Below, one piece after another: positions 49,312 to 62,733 of a DNA stretch of 64,000 nt. The position numbers were made by a program, and so were the translations under genes. This DNA is from Eledone cirrhosa (Eukaryota): contig OZ024745.1 of assembly GCA_964016885.1 (NCBI GenBank), positions 95,294,001 to 95,358,000 of the forward strand, in the 5' to 3' direction. The notes under the pieces are model-generated. The model was not told where the DNA came from. It searched no databases and saw only the letters and a program-made list of their open reading frames with translations. Within the stretch, counting starts at the first letter, position 1; the number at the start of each line of letters is the position of its first letter.

Positions 49312-50374
49312 CTAGTAGTGGTACCCGGCGTTGTAGGGGATGAGGTATTTTGGAAGGCGGGCCGCCAACAGACCTAATCGTGGAAAAACTGCATGCCTGC
49401 ACAATATGTAACGAAAATAAACCGAATACTCTGATGGCTGGATAATCTTTGAGATTTTCCTCGATGAAGCATGAATTTTTTTTATGTGCATAATATGCGT
49501 TGAAATTTCGGGAAAATCGGCTAGATGTAACGCCTCCAAAAAGCTCTAAAAAGGTGAAAAAATGAAGTTTTTCACCTAATGCGGGCCCTAGGCCATATAA
49601 AAGTTGGATTTTTTTTCTCACGGTATGAAGAAGAGACTGACTAATACATAGTTACAATTTCAAGGAAATCGGTCTGGCGTAACGCCTCAGAAAAATCCTA
49701 AAAAGCTTTAAAAACGCAGTTTTCACCTAATACGGGCCCTAGGAGATCAAAGAGTTGAATTTTATGTGCATAACACTCCCTGAAACATAAGTAATTCACA
49801 TGTAAAGTTTGAAAATAATCGGTTAGGTACTTCTCGAGTTTTAGGGATTCAAAGTCACAGACACACACACAGAGACAAACATCCTCAGTGAAGTGACGTA
49901 ATGCAGACAGCCAGACATACAGACAGATATATTAGGGTGGATTGGCAGTATCGGTAGAGAGTCGGACACCATGCTTTGAAGCATAGAGTTACGTCCCTTT
50001 ATGATCTGAGTTCAAATCCCGCCGAGGTTAACTTTGCCTCTCATCCTTACGGGGTCGATAAAATAAAGTACCAGTAATGTACTGGGTAATTGCTGGCCTT
50101 GTGCCTAAAATAGAAACAATTATTAGGGCGTGACGTTATATGTATGTATCTATCTAAAAAGAGAAAGACTAAGGATTATAGAGAAAGATAGCTAAATCGC
50201 CTAATGTGGTCCCTAGGGCATTGAAAATTTGAAATTTTCTTTGCTCAGAACACTCCCTGAAACATAAGTATTACATGTGTAAAGTTTGAAAACAGTCAGT
50301 TGGGTGGTTCTCGAGTTTTAGGGATTCAAAATCACACACACACAGACAGACATCCTCAGTTTTATATATATAGA
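49312..50374 (-). mobile_element. Non-autonomous Helitron (contains a SINE)
   Basis: Minus strand starts TCtatatatatataaaactgaggatgtctgtc and ends with an eroded GC hairpin plus CTAG followed by T. Confidence 0.65.
49935..50123 (+). mobile_element. SINE S1
   Basis: Full consensus, TSD tattaggg. Confidence 0.9.
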
Positions 50375-50906
50375 CTAGCAGAAAACCACCCGGTGGGCGG
50401 TTTTCTGCTAGCAAATCTAGTGTATATACTGATATTGTTGAGATTTGGATGAGAAATGTTTTCGGCACCACATGTTCACCGTCTCTCGGTGTGTCTTTTA
50501 TGCATGTATAAATATATATGTTATCTATACGGTGAAATCTTTGAAATAAATATATGTTAAAACGAAAAAGGAGAAAAAGAGATTAGTGACGGAAATATAA
50601 ACGTTATGATACATAAACGTTATGATATAACGATGGAAATATATCTTCAAATGGTCCTTGGCATGGTGTCAAGTCAGAACCGCCTCGAACTGGTTACTTA
50701 TGGCTTGTGCAAGGTGTCTCTATAGCAACCAGCGATTCCCTCGGCCTCAGTGACCAAAGTCAGTGAAGAGGGGAAGGTAATGTTTCTATAGCGACAGTGT
50801 TTCTCTTGGTAGTACCAAAGTGGAGAAAGGAAGGGGAAGGTAATATTTCTGTAGCACCTACATTTGAGTTTTAGGGAAGGACAGACAGACAGACAGACAG
50901 ACAAAC

Positions 50907-51122
50907 AGAGAAATGCCCATATATTTCTGTGTGTATATATATATATATATATATTACACACACAGAAATGTATATATATTTCTGTGTGTATATATATATT
51001 ACACACACAGAAATGTATATATATTTCTGTGTGTGTATATATATATTACACACACAGAAATGTATATATATTTCTGTGTGTGTATATATATATTACACAC
51101 ACAGAAATGTATATATATTTCT
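50907..51122. repeat. Self-complementary minisatellite (about 45-bp unit, about 4.5 copies)
   Basis: atttctgtgtg(ta)n ttacacacacagaaatgtatatat repeated. Confidence 0.85.
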
Positions 51123-51240
51123 TAGAACAAAATTATTATTAATGTTTTACTGTTCATAACAATTGGAATTGAAAAATTACTTTTGAAATTATTAGTTATT
51201 TTACTAATGCTTAGATATGTAAAAATGAAGCAATGTTTCT

Positions 51241-51433
51241 AATAATTGTTTCTACTTTTGGCACAAGGCCAGCAATTACCCAGTACATTACTGGTACTTT
51301 ATTTTATCGACCCCGTGAGGATGAAAGGCAAAGTTAACCTCGGCGGTATTTGAACTCAGATCGTAAAGGGACGTTACTCCGTGCTATGAAGTATGGTGTC
51401 CGACTCTCTACAGATTCTGCCAATCCACCGCCC
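51241..51433 (-). mobile_element. SINE S1
   Basis: Reverse complement of consensus. Confidence 0.88.
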
Positions 51434-52466
51434 TAATGTCTGTACGTAATGAGGGAGTGAGAAGGGAGAGAAAGAAAGGCAGAGGGGAAGTGACGAAGTG
51501 ACTCTCTCCTCCTCCTCCTCCATCTCCCATTCGTCACAGCGATAGAGGGGAGGAATGTAAGTGTGTTACAAAGAGAAAGAGTGAGAGTGAGAGAAACAGA
51601 CAGACTAAAAGAGAGGGATAGCTGGAGAGAGAGAGATAGCAACCACGCGCGCACGTGTTTCCACTGTCGGACAGACAGACAGAGAAATTGCTGGTTATAT
51701 ATTATAAGGAGATATGCTTAGTAGGGTTCTGTGGTGCCTTAGAACCTTATCAGTGTTTATATCATGATGGAGTCGTCTTTATTTTTTCTCCCTCACCAGT
51801 TGATAAATTGAGTACAGAAGCCAAATTAATAGAAACTGGATAATAATTAACAATACTTCTCCATACATAATGTTTCGGAGACATTTCCTTCCCTCTATGC
51901 TCTGCAGAAAAATACATTAAATAACAAAAATACCTACTCAATCCTGCTATTTATGCTTGCTGGGTTGATAAAGTACCAGTCAAGGTGGTGAACTAACAAA
52001 ATCATTAGCACATTGGACAGGTGCCTTGCGTTATTTGTCCCAATTCTTTGCGTTCTGAGATCAAATCCTGTTGCAGCTTACTTTAGTGGTAAATTTAATC
52101 CATCGCCAAGTTTAACGCCTCCAACTGGATATTGGGTGATTTTAGCAAAGTTTATTCTGTTACAAGCCTTTAATCTAGGTATCCGGTTTATAGGTGCCTT
52201 TCTAATTACCTCTCATTGGTTCCTCACTAGTGACCGTTTAACTATTTTAAAACATCTTCAATCGAGATAAACTTTAAGCAGCATAATATAGTGGAAATAA
52301 CAATGCGGGGGGGGGGGGGAGACAATGCCAACACCAACGGAACAAACACCAAATAATAACTAACCCACGGTTTAAAACCTGGCAATCAGAGACATCAGAT
52401 ATTAAACTACAAACACACTTTAAAATATATAAAAACATCTTCAAGTGACACCATTTATATATCTAA

Positions 52467-52658
52467 ATAATTGTTTCTACGTTAGGCACAAGGCCAGAAA
52501 TTACTCAGTGCATTACTGGTACTTTATTTTATCGACCCCGTAAGGATGAAAGGCAAAGTTAACCTCGGCGGGATTTGAACTCAGAATGGCAAGGGCCGTA
52601 ACTCTATACGTCAAAGCAAGGCGTCCGACCCTCTCCCAATACTGCCAACCCACCGCCC
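52467..52658 (-). mobile_element. SINE S1 with TSD
   Basis: TSD tttatatatctaaataat on both sides. Confidence 0.92.
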
Positions 52659-54134
52659 TTTATATATCTAAATAATATGTTTTAAGTAGAAAGAATGACA
52701 GTCTTCACAAAATTAGATTTGACTTAACCGACAGTCAAAGAGACAAGAGCGATTGAATTCTCCAATGAAAATCGATAAACAAATATTGTAAAAGAGAAGT
52801 ACTTCCCATGTAGATAAAAGACCCGACAACTATAACTAAATAGAATTGACCCGACAGCTTTCACTAAATAGAATACAAGTATACATTAAACAAAAGGGGT
52901 GGACACTTACTGATTAGGCTAATGAAAAGTGATATACAGTTAAAATGTTTTTAGAACAGGAAATGATTACGAAATTGAAAAGAGCCACAGGCGAAGCCAT
53001 AACATGACAGTGATAAATAAATAAAAAATCAGATATTATTCAAATGTAGGAAAACCCGATTATAATAATGAAGCAGGCCTTTGAAAACTAAACACTCAAC
53101 AAATTGGTAAATGCAACAACGACAATAAAACATCTACAAACTAGACAATAAAACCTTGTTAAAATACTAGATAATATGCCTATCCTAGTGTATATAAAAC
53201 CAAATTGAAATACGAAAAAATTACAGTCGTGAGTCGCTCGTCATGAGAAAAACAATTCAATATATTCTACACCATATATTGAGTAATCTCTCTCTCTGAC
53301 AAATTGTAACATTTGCATTTGAATATATATATATATACACACACAAAAGGCAAACAGAAATAACAAAGCAAACGACACAGTACAATGAAGAAATATATTA
53401 TTAGTTTTACACTTGATATAGTGGGAAAAGTATTAACATTTCGAATGCTAGTCCTTCATCAGAGAATAGGACGAGAAATTAAAGAAGAAATAGTGGTGGA
53501 CACAACAAAAAAAGGTTTTTAGAGAAAAATAGCAAATAGATTATATGTGACCATCTCTAGGAAAACTTTGGATGCTGGTGTTTTGCGTAAGATAATCTTG
53601 TTTTAAAAGGTGGTGATCGAGGATATGTTTGTAAGTACGAAGCTGCGAGCAAATGTGTGTGTGTATAAGGGTAAGTGTGTGTTAGTTATTGGTCTTTACA
53701 GAGCTGTGAAGGTAAATGTAGAAATGCTTGTATGTTTAATGTTGGTCTTTATAAGGTGTAAGAGTGCGTGTGTTTCTGATCATAACAGAGTTATTGGAAC
53801 CTAGTGGGGAATGCACGCGCGCGTGTGTGACAGCGGATGAGGTAAGGGTGATACTGGCTAGGGGTAGGGAAGTAAGCACGAGTTTATGTGTGTAAGATTA
53901 AAGAAATTGGGGAGAGGAGTTTAATTTAATGGAGTCCTAGGAGAGGAAGGAAAGGAACTACGTACCTGGAGGTCGCCTACATTATGGGTGCGCTTAAAGG
54001 TTATAACCGTAGGGTTATATCCATAGTAGTAGAGCACTCAGTCCATGGAACGAGTTTGGTAGAAGTAGTTCCAAAACAGTTAGTTCACCATACAGAGAAC
54101 AAATGTTTCACCTTAAGCAGATCCTCCGATTCAG

Positions 54135-54177
54135 ACCGAGCTGAGGATCCAAATAGGGTGAAACATTTGTTCTCGGT
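54135..54177 (+). ncRNA. Type I hammerhead ribozyme in a head-to-head inverted element (about 53990-54206)
   Basis: accgag-CTGAGGA-tcc aaata gggt-GAAA-catttg-tt-ctcggt. A degenerate mirror copy lies on the minus strand at about 54090-54128. Confidence 0.7.
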
Positions 54178-54203
54178 ATGGTGAACTAACTGTTGTGGAA
54201 CTA

Positions 54204-54298
<95 letters not shown>

Positions 54299-54352
54299 GT
54301 ATATGTATATTTATATGTATATATGTATATATATGTTATATATCTATATATC

Positions 54353-54383
<31 letters not shown>

Positions 54384-54464
54384 ATATATATATATATGCA
54401 TATATATATATATATATATGCATTGTGTGTATATGTGAGTAAATTTTAAACAGTTACAGGCGGT

Positions 54465-54538
<74 letters not shown>

Positions 54539-54567
54539 AAAGAATAGAGGTGTAACACACAAGTTAT

Positions 54568-54971
54568 TATATATTGGTAAACGGAATAGAAAATGCTGAC
54601 AAATTGTTCACAGTTGAAAAATGGTTTAATTAGGAATAAAAGAGTATTAGTGATTGTATGGGTTAGTATTCAGTTGTGGTTTTTAGTTTTTAAGTTTTTA
54701 CCGGTTGCGTATTTCTAAATGCTTTTCAAAAATAATTTTGAGATAGAGTGTCCGTGCTGTTTGCTCTGATCTGAGCAAACAGCACGGACACTCTATCTCA
54801 AAATTATTTTTGAAAAGCATTTAGAAATACGCAACCGGTAAAAACTTAAAAACTTAAAACCACAACTGAATACTAACCCATACAATCACTAATACTCTTT
54901 TATTCCTAATTAAACCATTTTTCAACTGTGAACAATTTGTCAGCATTTTCTATTCCGTTTACCAATATATA
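54568..54971. repeat. Near-perfect palindrome, about 199-bp arms, 6-nt spacer
   Basis: Arms 54568-54766 and 54773-54971; one mismatch seen. Confidence 0.95.
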
Positions 54972-55199
54972 TATATATATATATATTTATTTATTAAAAT
55001 AACAGATTAAAGTTTAAGCAAAGAATCGCTGCTTTCACCCTTAACGGGATCTTCTGAAACTAACAAAGTCAATCGGTGAACGCAGAAGGGAATATCTCAA
55101 AAAACGTTACAACCGGGGGAAGACAGGAAGACGATACTTTGGTTCGTGGAAACGTTCCCTGGCAAAGAACGGGAAAAAACGAATATAATACGTCATCCC

Positions 55200-55330
55200 T
55201 GTATGATCTGAGTTCAAATCCCGCCGAGGTTAACTTTGCCTTTCATCCTTCCGGGATCGATAAAATAAAGTACCAGTAATGCTGGTAATTGGGTAATTGC
55301 TGGCCTTGTGCCAAAAGTAGAAACAATTAT
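55200..55330 (+). mobile_element. 5'-truncated SINE S1
   Basis: tatgatctgagttcaaatcccgccgagg...agaaacaatta. Confidence 0.85.
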
Positions 55331-55511
55331 TTGGAGCAGTGAAAAACAATTACACGCAAAGACAAAACCACGTTTATGGTATAAAAGAAGTCGTAGACTA
55401 ATATTCTATTTTTCTTTGCTCCACTTTTCAAATTAAATGACACGACGGTTCAGTTATATTCAGATATTGTAAGCGCGTCCATTGAGAATATCGTCTTTGA
55501 CAAACTGCTCA

Positions 55512-58500
55512 GTTGCTCACATGTGTGCGTGCTGAATTCTGGGTCTTTCCGCTGGGAACAATCCCTTGTCTCCCCCCCCCCCTTTTTGTGTACATCCATC
55601 CATTCACTCATTCATTTACTGCCATTCTACCTTCCTGTGTCTCCCCCTCCATGCAGCCCCTTTTCGCTCTCGTTTTCTGGCACCTCCATATATATAGGTG
55701 AGCTATGCTGCCCTCTTACCAGCACTTTCCCTTCCAACCACACACACCAGCCACCCACCCCTGATGCCGCTCGGTGCCCCAGTCCCCGGCCCCACGCCCC
55801 ATCCCCACCCCTCCAAATCGACACCTGCAGCACTTGCGGCACTACTAACAAACGGAAGAGGGGCCGGAACTGTTTGGCGTGCGGCTACTTCCACCACCTC
55901 ACCTGCGTTGGCTTGACTCGTCGAGCTTCCAATGCCCTCGCAGCGTGGAGGTGCAGGAGCTGCCTCTTCCCCACGTCTTCCCAGCCACGGCCGTCTGGCA
56001 CACCACCAGATGGGACAGCGAGTTTGCCTGACGCCCGAGCCTCGCTGGTCAACATCGCTCGGCTCAGGCGGCTCCGGAAGATCTCACTCAGGATCCCGAG
56101 AGCGGCACGGGTGCCGGGAGCCGATGTCCTCGCTCCTCGATTGAGAGCGCCCTGGACTCCAATCGAGCCAGTGACTGGGAGCGGTTGTTCTATTTCGCCC
56201 CACTCGCCCTCGGCCTCCCCAACTCTGGCGCTGACCGGGACACCCGGTCAACAGCAGCCTTCGTCAAGGCCAATGTCTCGTCATTTGGGCGAGCGCCCAT
56301 TCCAAGCGTGTCCAGGGACGCCACACACTCCACCCTCAGGTACCCCCTATCCTCTACCCCCGAGGCCAGCACCAAGTGTTTGCGTGACCAGGTAAACGCA
56401 AAGCTTATCATGGGTGATGTCTCGGCCGCAGTCAGAGTTGTTGCCTCAGAGGACACTGTCCTCCAACCCACCGAGGAGATCCTGGCTGCTCTGCGGCTCA
56501 AACACCCTGAGCCACCCACTGATCTCAGACCCATACCCCCACCCGACCCCACCTGCTCCTTGTGGCTACTGATGCAGATATCATGCCCGCCATCAGGTCC
56601 TTCCCAGCTAGCAGCTGCGGGGGCATTGATGGTCACCGACCAGGCCACCTCTAGGAGTTGACATCCCCCCTCTCCGCTGAGGCCGGGCGCCACCTTCTGA
56701 GTGCAATTGTGCCGCTCACCAATAGGCTCATTCATGGTCCCCTCGACCCTTACGCCCAAGGCCTCTTTTTTTCGGCCAGCCTCACCGTTCTCAGGAAGAA
56801 AGAGAGTGGCATACGCCCCATTGCTGTGGGCAATGTCTTCCGGAGGCTGGCTGCCAAGGTCATCTGCAAGTCCGTCACACACGAACTGGGTGAGGAGTTT
56901 AGTCCGGTGCAACTGTGTGTCGGCGTGACCCGTAGCTGTGAGGGAGGCTCTCATGCAATCAGGCAGTTCTTCAGCAGTTGCCCATCGGTACCGGCATCCA
57001 GGGACTCCAGGCACCTCATTGTCAAGCTTGACATGAGGAATGCCTTTAACTCTTTACGCCGGGATCACCTGCTCGAGGCCTGCCTCAGCCGAGCCCCCTC
57101 TTCCTACCCGCTGGCCTACCTGTCATATGGAGCCCCGAGCATGCTCCTAGCTGCTGATACGGTCATACCCTCGGCTACTGGGGTCCAACAGGGCGACCCT
57201 TTGTGACCCCTCCTGTTCGCCCTTGGTATTGACCACATCGCCCGGAGTATCACGGCCCCTCTCAACGTTTGGTATCTGGATGATGCTACGTTGGGCGGGC
57301 CCGTACGGACGGTCTGCCAAGACCTTCAATCGGTGATTCCTGCCCTGGCGGGAATCGGCCTCCAGGTCAACTCGGCCAAGTCGGAGGTGGTGAACGTCAG
57401 CCTCGATGCTGTGAGCTTTGCAGCCTCCGTCTTGGACGTGCGGTCCATTCTCCGCCAGGTTCAGGTGACCCCCAAAGAGGATGTCTTCATCCTCATTCAC
57501 CGATCCACCCGCCGGCCATCCGCTCCACCATCAGGTCCAGGCTTCAACAACTCCAGACTCTCACGAGCCGACTGGGCTTGATTGACGGCTACCCAGCTCT
57601 CTTTCTGCTGAGGAACTGCTTCGCCATGCCGAAGCTCCTCTATACACTCAGCAGCGCTCCATGCTATACCCAGACATCTCTCCTTGCTGACCTCGATACT
57701 TGTATCCGAGCAGCAGCCGAGGGGATATGCAACGTCAAGTTTGACGACATAGGGTGGCAACAGGCCACTTTACCGGTCAGGTATGGCGGCCTAGACCTCC
57801 GGTCCCCGATCTCACTAGCTTTGCCGGCGTATCTTTCGTCGGTAACCTCGTGCCGCGTCCTCGTCAGCAGGGTTCTTCAAAACACAACAGAACCCTCTGT
57901 GTTCAGAGAACAGTGAGGCCGCCTGTAAGGCCGCCTCAGACAGGCTCACGCGCCAGCTCCACCAGCACCGCCTTGCTTGTTTTCGTGCGGCCTCCAAACC
58001 CCACAGTGGTGCCTGGCTCCATGCTCTGCCCTCCTTCTCCACTGGCACGCAGCTAGACAACCATAGCCTGCGAATCGACGTTTCCCTGAGGCTCGGCCTC
58101 CGGATCTGCCAGCCACACCAATGTCGCTGCGGTTCCACCGTGGACTCTTTCGGCCTCCACCCGCTTTCCTGTCGCCACAGTGCCGACCGCATTCCACGCC
58201 ATACTGCCCTCAACGAGGTCATTAAGCGTGGCTTGGACGCTGCAGGCTTCCCTTCCCAGCTCGAGCCGGTGGGGCTGGATCGAGGGGACGGCAAAAGGCC
58301 AGATGGCATGACCATCTTCCCGTTCCGCGGTGGCAAACCCCTCGTCTGGGATGCCACTTGCACCGACACTTTCTGCAGCCGCAACCTGGTGCAGTCTGCG
58401 ACTGACCCAGGTTCTGCTGCACGTCGGGCTGAGGGGGCCAAACTTCTCAAATACCGGTCGCTCTCCGACAGGTTTGCGGTCGTTCGCCTGGCAGTGGAAA

Positions 58501-58700
58501 CTTCTGGTGTCCTCGGCCCCAGGGCTACCTCCTTACTCACCACCATAGGCGCTGAGCTGGTCAGCCGTAGTGTGAGCCCCGCGAGTTGGAGTGGCTTTTC
58601 CAGCGCGTCTCCCTTGCCGTCCTCCGAGGAAACGCCTTCTCCATTCTGTCCGCCGGGGCTGTAGGTGGCCCCATCGCGTACCAATACATTAGTTAAATAC
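55512..58700 (+). mobile_element. CRE-clade RLE non-LTR retrotransposon with N-terminal PHD finger (frameshifted)
   Basis: PHD CSTC..CLAC..HLTC..WRCRSC; RT GIRPIAVGNVFRRLAAK, KLDMRNAFNSL, GVQQGDPL*, WYLDD; C.C..H..SC..RH; RLE GDGKRPDG..LVWDATCTDT. Visibly GC-rich. Confidence 0.85.
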
Positions 58701-59132
58701 CATTCTTTCATCACAAAGAAATTATATTCTATTAGGTGATTCATAGAGACGTTCTCTGGCAATGAACGGAAAAAGCGACGATAATATGTCATATGTGGAG
58801 TGGGGAGAACAATTGCACGCAAAGACAAAACCACGTAAATGGTGTAACTGAAGTCGTAGTCTAAAATTTTAACTAGGAAACCGAATGATTCTCGGCTTCA
58901 GAGTTAAGAATAAAGTAAATAAAATACAGAGGTAATAGATATTAAATAAATACATACACGCATCCAATACATACATACACAAGCATACGCGAAAACACTC
59001 GCCATAGGTATACAAATACGCGCACGTACACACAAAAAAAAACAAAACGGCACGCACATACAGAATCCACGCAACGCCTGTACCCGCAGGCAAACGAATA
59101 TATACACCAAATACGCATAAAAATATATATTT

Positions 59133-59164
<32 letters not shown>

Positions 59165-59168
<4 letters not shown>

Positions 59169-59951
59169 ACGTAAAATAAGAAAATTATTTAAAAAAAATT
59201 TTTAAAAAAATTAACTTACTTAAATTTTCACTCCAACTAATTAGTTTCTGCAATGGGATAAAGACAGTTACGTAATGAACTGTTGAGAATTTCATTGCGT
59301 CATCAGGGAGGTCATTCTCAGCCAAGTCTCCAGGCAATGCGCGGCGGACACTGGGGACTCATATAAAAATATTAATAATTCGGTAAATGGAACAGCTATC
59401 GAGGACTGGATTCCAACTACTGAAAATTCTCACTGCCACTGATCATATGGCCGATTCTAAAGAATCAATCACGTGACACAGAGGCTAGTCAGTAGGAATG
59501 GGATGGTAAGATGACAGACGCCTACTAACACCCACAAAAAAATTTAGAAGTGGTTTTGGCAGGTTTGCTCGACAAATCAGTGATTTGGAGATAAATATAG
59601 ATAATTTAATATATCTACTAACATAAGCGCACAGATGTACGCTAATGCCAGCAAATACACAGGTTATGTCATAGTACCTAGGTGGTTCAATGCAGGAGAA
59701 TGCAGAACAATAATATAAAAGACGTAAAATAAGAACATTTTTTTTTTTAATTTAAAAAAAATTAACTTACTTACTTAAATTTAAGTAAGTAAGTTAATTT
59801 TTTTTTTTAATTTTCTTATTTTATGTCTTTTATATTATTGTTCTGCATTCTCCTGCATTGAACCACCTAGGTACTATGACATAACCTGTGTATTTGCTGG
59901 CATTAGCGTACATCTGTGCGCTTATGTTAGTAGATATATTAAATTATCTAA
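59165..59951 (-). mobile_element. Diverged member of the 6482-7320 retrozyme-like family (period about 553, inverted tail)
   Basis: aagacgtaaaataagaa at 59166 and 59719. 59780-59951 is an inverted copy of about 59600-59780. (TA)n flanks. Confidence 0.85.
59231..59310 (-). ncRNA. Type I hammerhead ribozyme (covarying homolog of 6535-6612)
   Basis: ctcc-CTGATGA-cgcaatg...cattgca-GAAA-ctaattag-tt-ggag. Confidence 0.85.
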
Positions 59952-60101
<150 letters not shown>

Positions 60102-60479
60102 ATACATATAATTAAATAAACGTATATAAATAAATAAATACGTATATAACAAGCGTACACACATACCTACATGTAAATACACATATGTTCGGAGAGGAAC
60201 GTCAACCAAAACACAAAGTACACATATACACACACCCTACATTCGTACGAACCCGCATACACACACAGACGCAAAACTCCAGTATACAAATAACCAAAGC
60301 ATATGTACCAGTATATATAATATATACGCCATAACATATACAATCAAATATATGTACGAGAAAGTATACGTACCTTCACAAAACATACAGGTAATATATA
60401 CTTACCTATACAAATAAGTAATGATATAAACATAACATATACTTAGCTACCACATCAAAACGTAAAATATCCGCGTATA

Positions 60480-61027
60480 GTTCGTCCTATCCGTTAGGGT
60501 ATAATGTGGGGCTGTAATACAGGAAAGTTTTGTGCAATTTATGTTTACAAGCCGAAATTGCCTCAAATTTTTGTTTAAGATGTGGTCTTTGGCGTAGAAT
60601 ATTTCCAGGGCCTCAGCGGCGCAGAGGTCACATGGTCTTTTATTTCCGTTATACGATCTAGCCCTAGCTAGGATCTCCCAGTGTAACTTATATTGGGTGT
60701 GGTTGTCTTTTAGACTCCAGATATAAGCTGAAAGTTACGTCATATTCCTTCTTAAAGGGTAACGAAAAGAATGGGTATGCATGTAAAGACGCTGCTTGAA
60801 TCTATTGGCGGTTAACCCTATGTAGGCCCTATGGACGTGGGTGTTTCAACCTTACATTTGTAGACAGTGTTACTAGAGAGGCATTTCCCGGATAGGGGGC
60901 AGTCAACCCGATTCCTACAATTACAGTTAGTACTAGCTACAGGGTTGCACGTGTTCCTACGGCTGGGTAGTTAAGGGTGAAAGCAGCGATTCTTTGCTTA
61001 AACTTTAATCTGTTATTTTAATAAATA
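60480..61027 (-). pseudogene. PLE GIY-YIG relic with inverted stub
   Basis: CNCRNRVDCPLSGKCLSSNTVYKCKV / YIGLTANRFKQRL..LSAYIWSLKD..CDLCAAE. 60969-61027 is the reverse complement of 54987-55045. Confidence 0.8.
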
Positions 61028-61130
61028 TTTGCTCTACGGTTCTTATATATTTGATATATAATTATCCCTATCGAGCCCTCTTTGGATTTTAGTCTTCAAA
61101 TTTATTATTATTATTATTATTATATATATA

Positions 61131-61237
<107 letters not shown>

Positions 61238-61709
61238 CTGCCTGTAACTGTTTAACATTTACTCATATATACACACAATGCATTTCCTCTCTCAGCCCAT
61301 AGCAATGGAAATTTCTGGTGCCCTGGCCCTATATATATACAAACATAGATGGCCTATTACCATGATTGATATTAATTATATATTTCAGCGATGGATACTT
61401 TGTTATTCGATCTCTTCTTTGATGTAGCGTGTAAGTAACGATTTCATAGACACGTGTATCGTTCATGTAATCCTCGTATAAAGGAGAAGGTTGAACCTTT
61501 GAATTGCATGTACGATCCGTCCAAAAGAATTCGGTCTACTGAATCTCACTCACACGAGACTACAATAAGATATCCATGGCGAAACTACGACGCTGTGAGG
61601 TCGACCAAATTTTGGTAAACCTAATTTCATATTCTCTTTAATGCTCTTGGTATTATCACCATTTCGTAATTAACTGAACAATGAAATTAATTGTTTCTAT
61701 CACTTGTGC

Positions 61710-61740
<31 letters not shown>

Positions 61741-61745
<5 letters not shown>

Positions 61746-62733
61746 AGAAAAAAAAACGATTATTAGGAAGAAAAATATATTTTTTCCCTATTTTTTTCTC
61801 TTTTTTCTGGGTTAGAAAATGTTTAAAACAAAATATTTTACTTTGTGTGAAGTGTTAAGGTATTAGTTAATTTATTTATTACTTAACAATAGTATTTATT
61901 TATTTATTTATTTAAAGAAAAATAATATTATTTACAAGCATTGTTTTTTTAGGATAATCAGTTCAAAAAATGTTATTATGGTAAGATCGTTTAAAGAAGT
62001 TGATAGATGATGTAGGCAAATGTCTGGGATTGGATGTGGTTTCCCTTTTTAGAGAATTAATATGCAGGGGGAGGTAATTCAGGGTGGTTGGGTAGGAGAA
62101 AGAGAGGAGGGGGGTAATTCATTTATATAAGAAAAGGGATTAGGTAGGGTGTTAGGGAGGTAACTCTTTAGAGAACGCAGGGATTTTGGACTATGGTTCT
62201 TTGTTCGTTCCAGTTTTAGTTTAGTCCGAAGTTTAGTCCATTAAGTAGAGGTTCGAATTTGTTAATGAAGTACGTTTCCTTATTAGTACGATGATGAAAA
62301 AAGCATTGTCTATGAATTTGTAAATGGGGAAATTCTAAAGTTTGGTAGCTGGTTAGGTGCACAATTGACGATATGTTCACTAAAAGCAATCTTTCTGTAT
62401 TCCTGTATTTTGATTTCTGATCTATGGACGGTCATACGTTGTCGGAGGCTGTTTTTTTTTTTTGTCTGTCCTATGTAGTGCTTTCAACAACCTGAGCAGG
62501 TCAAAACATAGATTAGGTTTTGAGATGCACATGTAAAGTTGTATTTAACTGTGAAATGTTGTCCTTGTTTAAAGTGGAATGTTTAACCTTCTATTAGATT
62601 TATGCATATACCACAGTTGGGCTTTCCGCATTTTCTGGGGTTCATTGTGAGGGTTGGTTGGATTTTGGCTTGTGTAAGGATTTTTTATGGATTTAGGTTG
62701 TCTTTTGTTCTCTATGATGTTTTTTTCTCCCTA
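61741..62733 (-). mobile_element. Degraded Neptune-type PLE 3' fragment
   Basis: CGKPNCGIC...FTCASQNLIYVLTCSGC*KHYIGQT..LRQRMTVHR at about 62400-62630. Short inverted stub tagggagaaaaaaa / ttttttctcccta. Confidence 0.75.

Larger units (their letters stand above)
50375..51712 (-). mobile_element. Second non-autonomous Helitron, head-to-tail with the first
   Basis: Minus strand a|TCtccttataatatataacc...tctgtctgtctg and 3' hairpin aaaaccgcccaccgggtggtttt followed by ctgCTAG. Confidence 0.6.

Noticed and set aside
53425-53470. Minus-strand CTGATGA...GAAA motif
   Set aside because: Stems I and II do not pair convincingly, so it is a probable decayed hammerhead.
55022-55062. Minus-strand hammerhead at the putative PLE 3' end
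   Set aside because: Core reads CAGAAGA and the UH/stem I is unclear. Not counted as intact.
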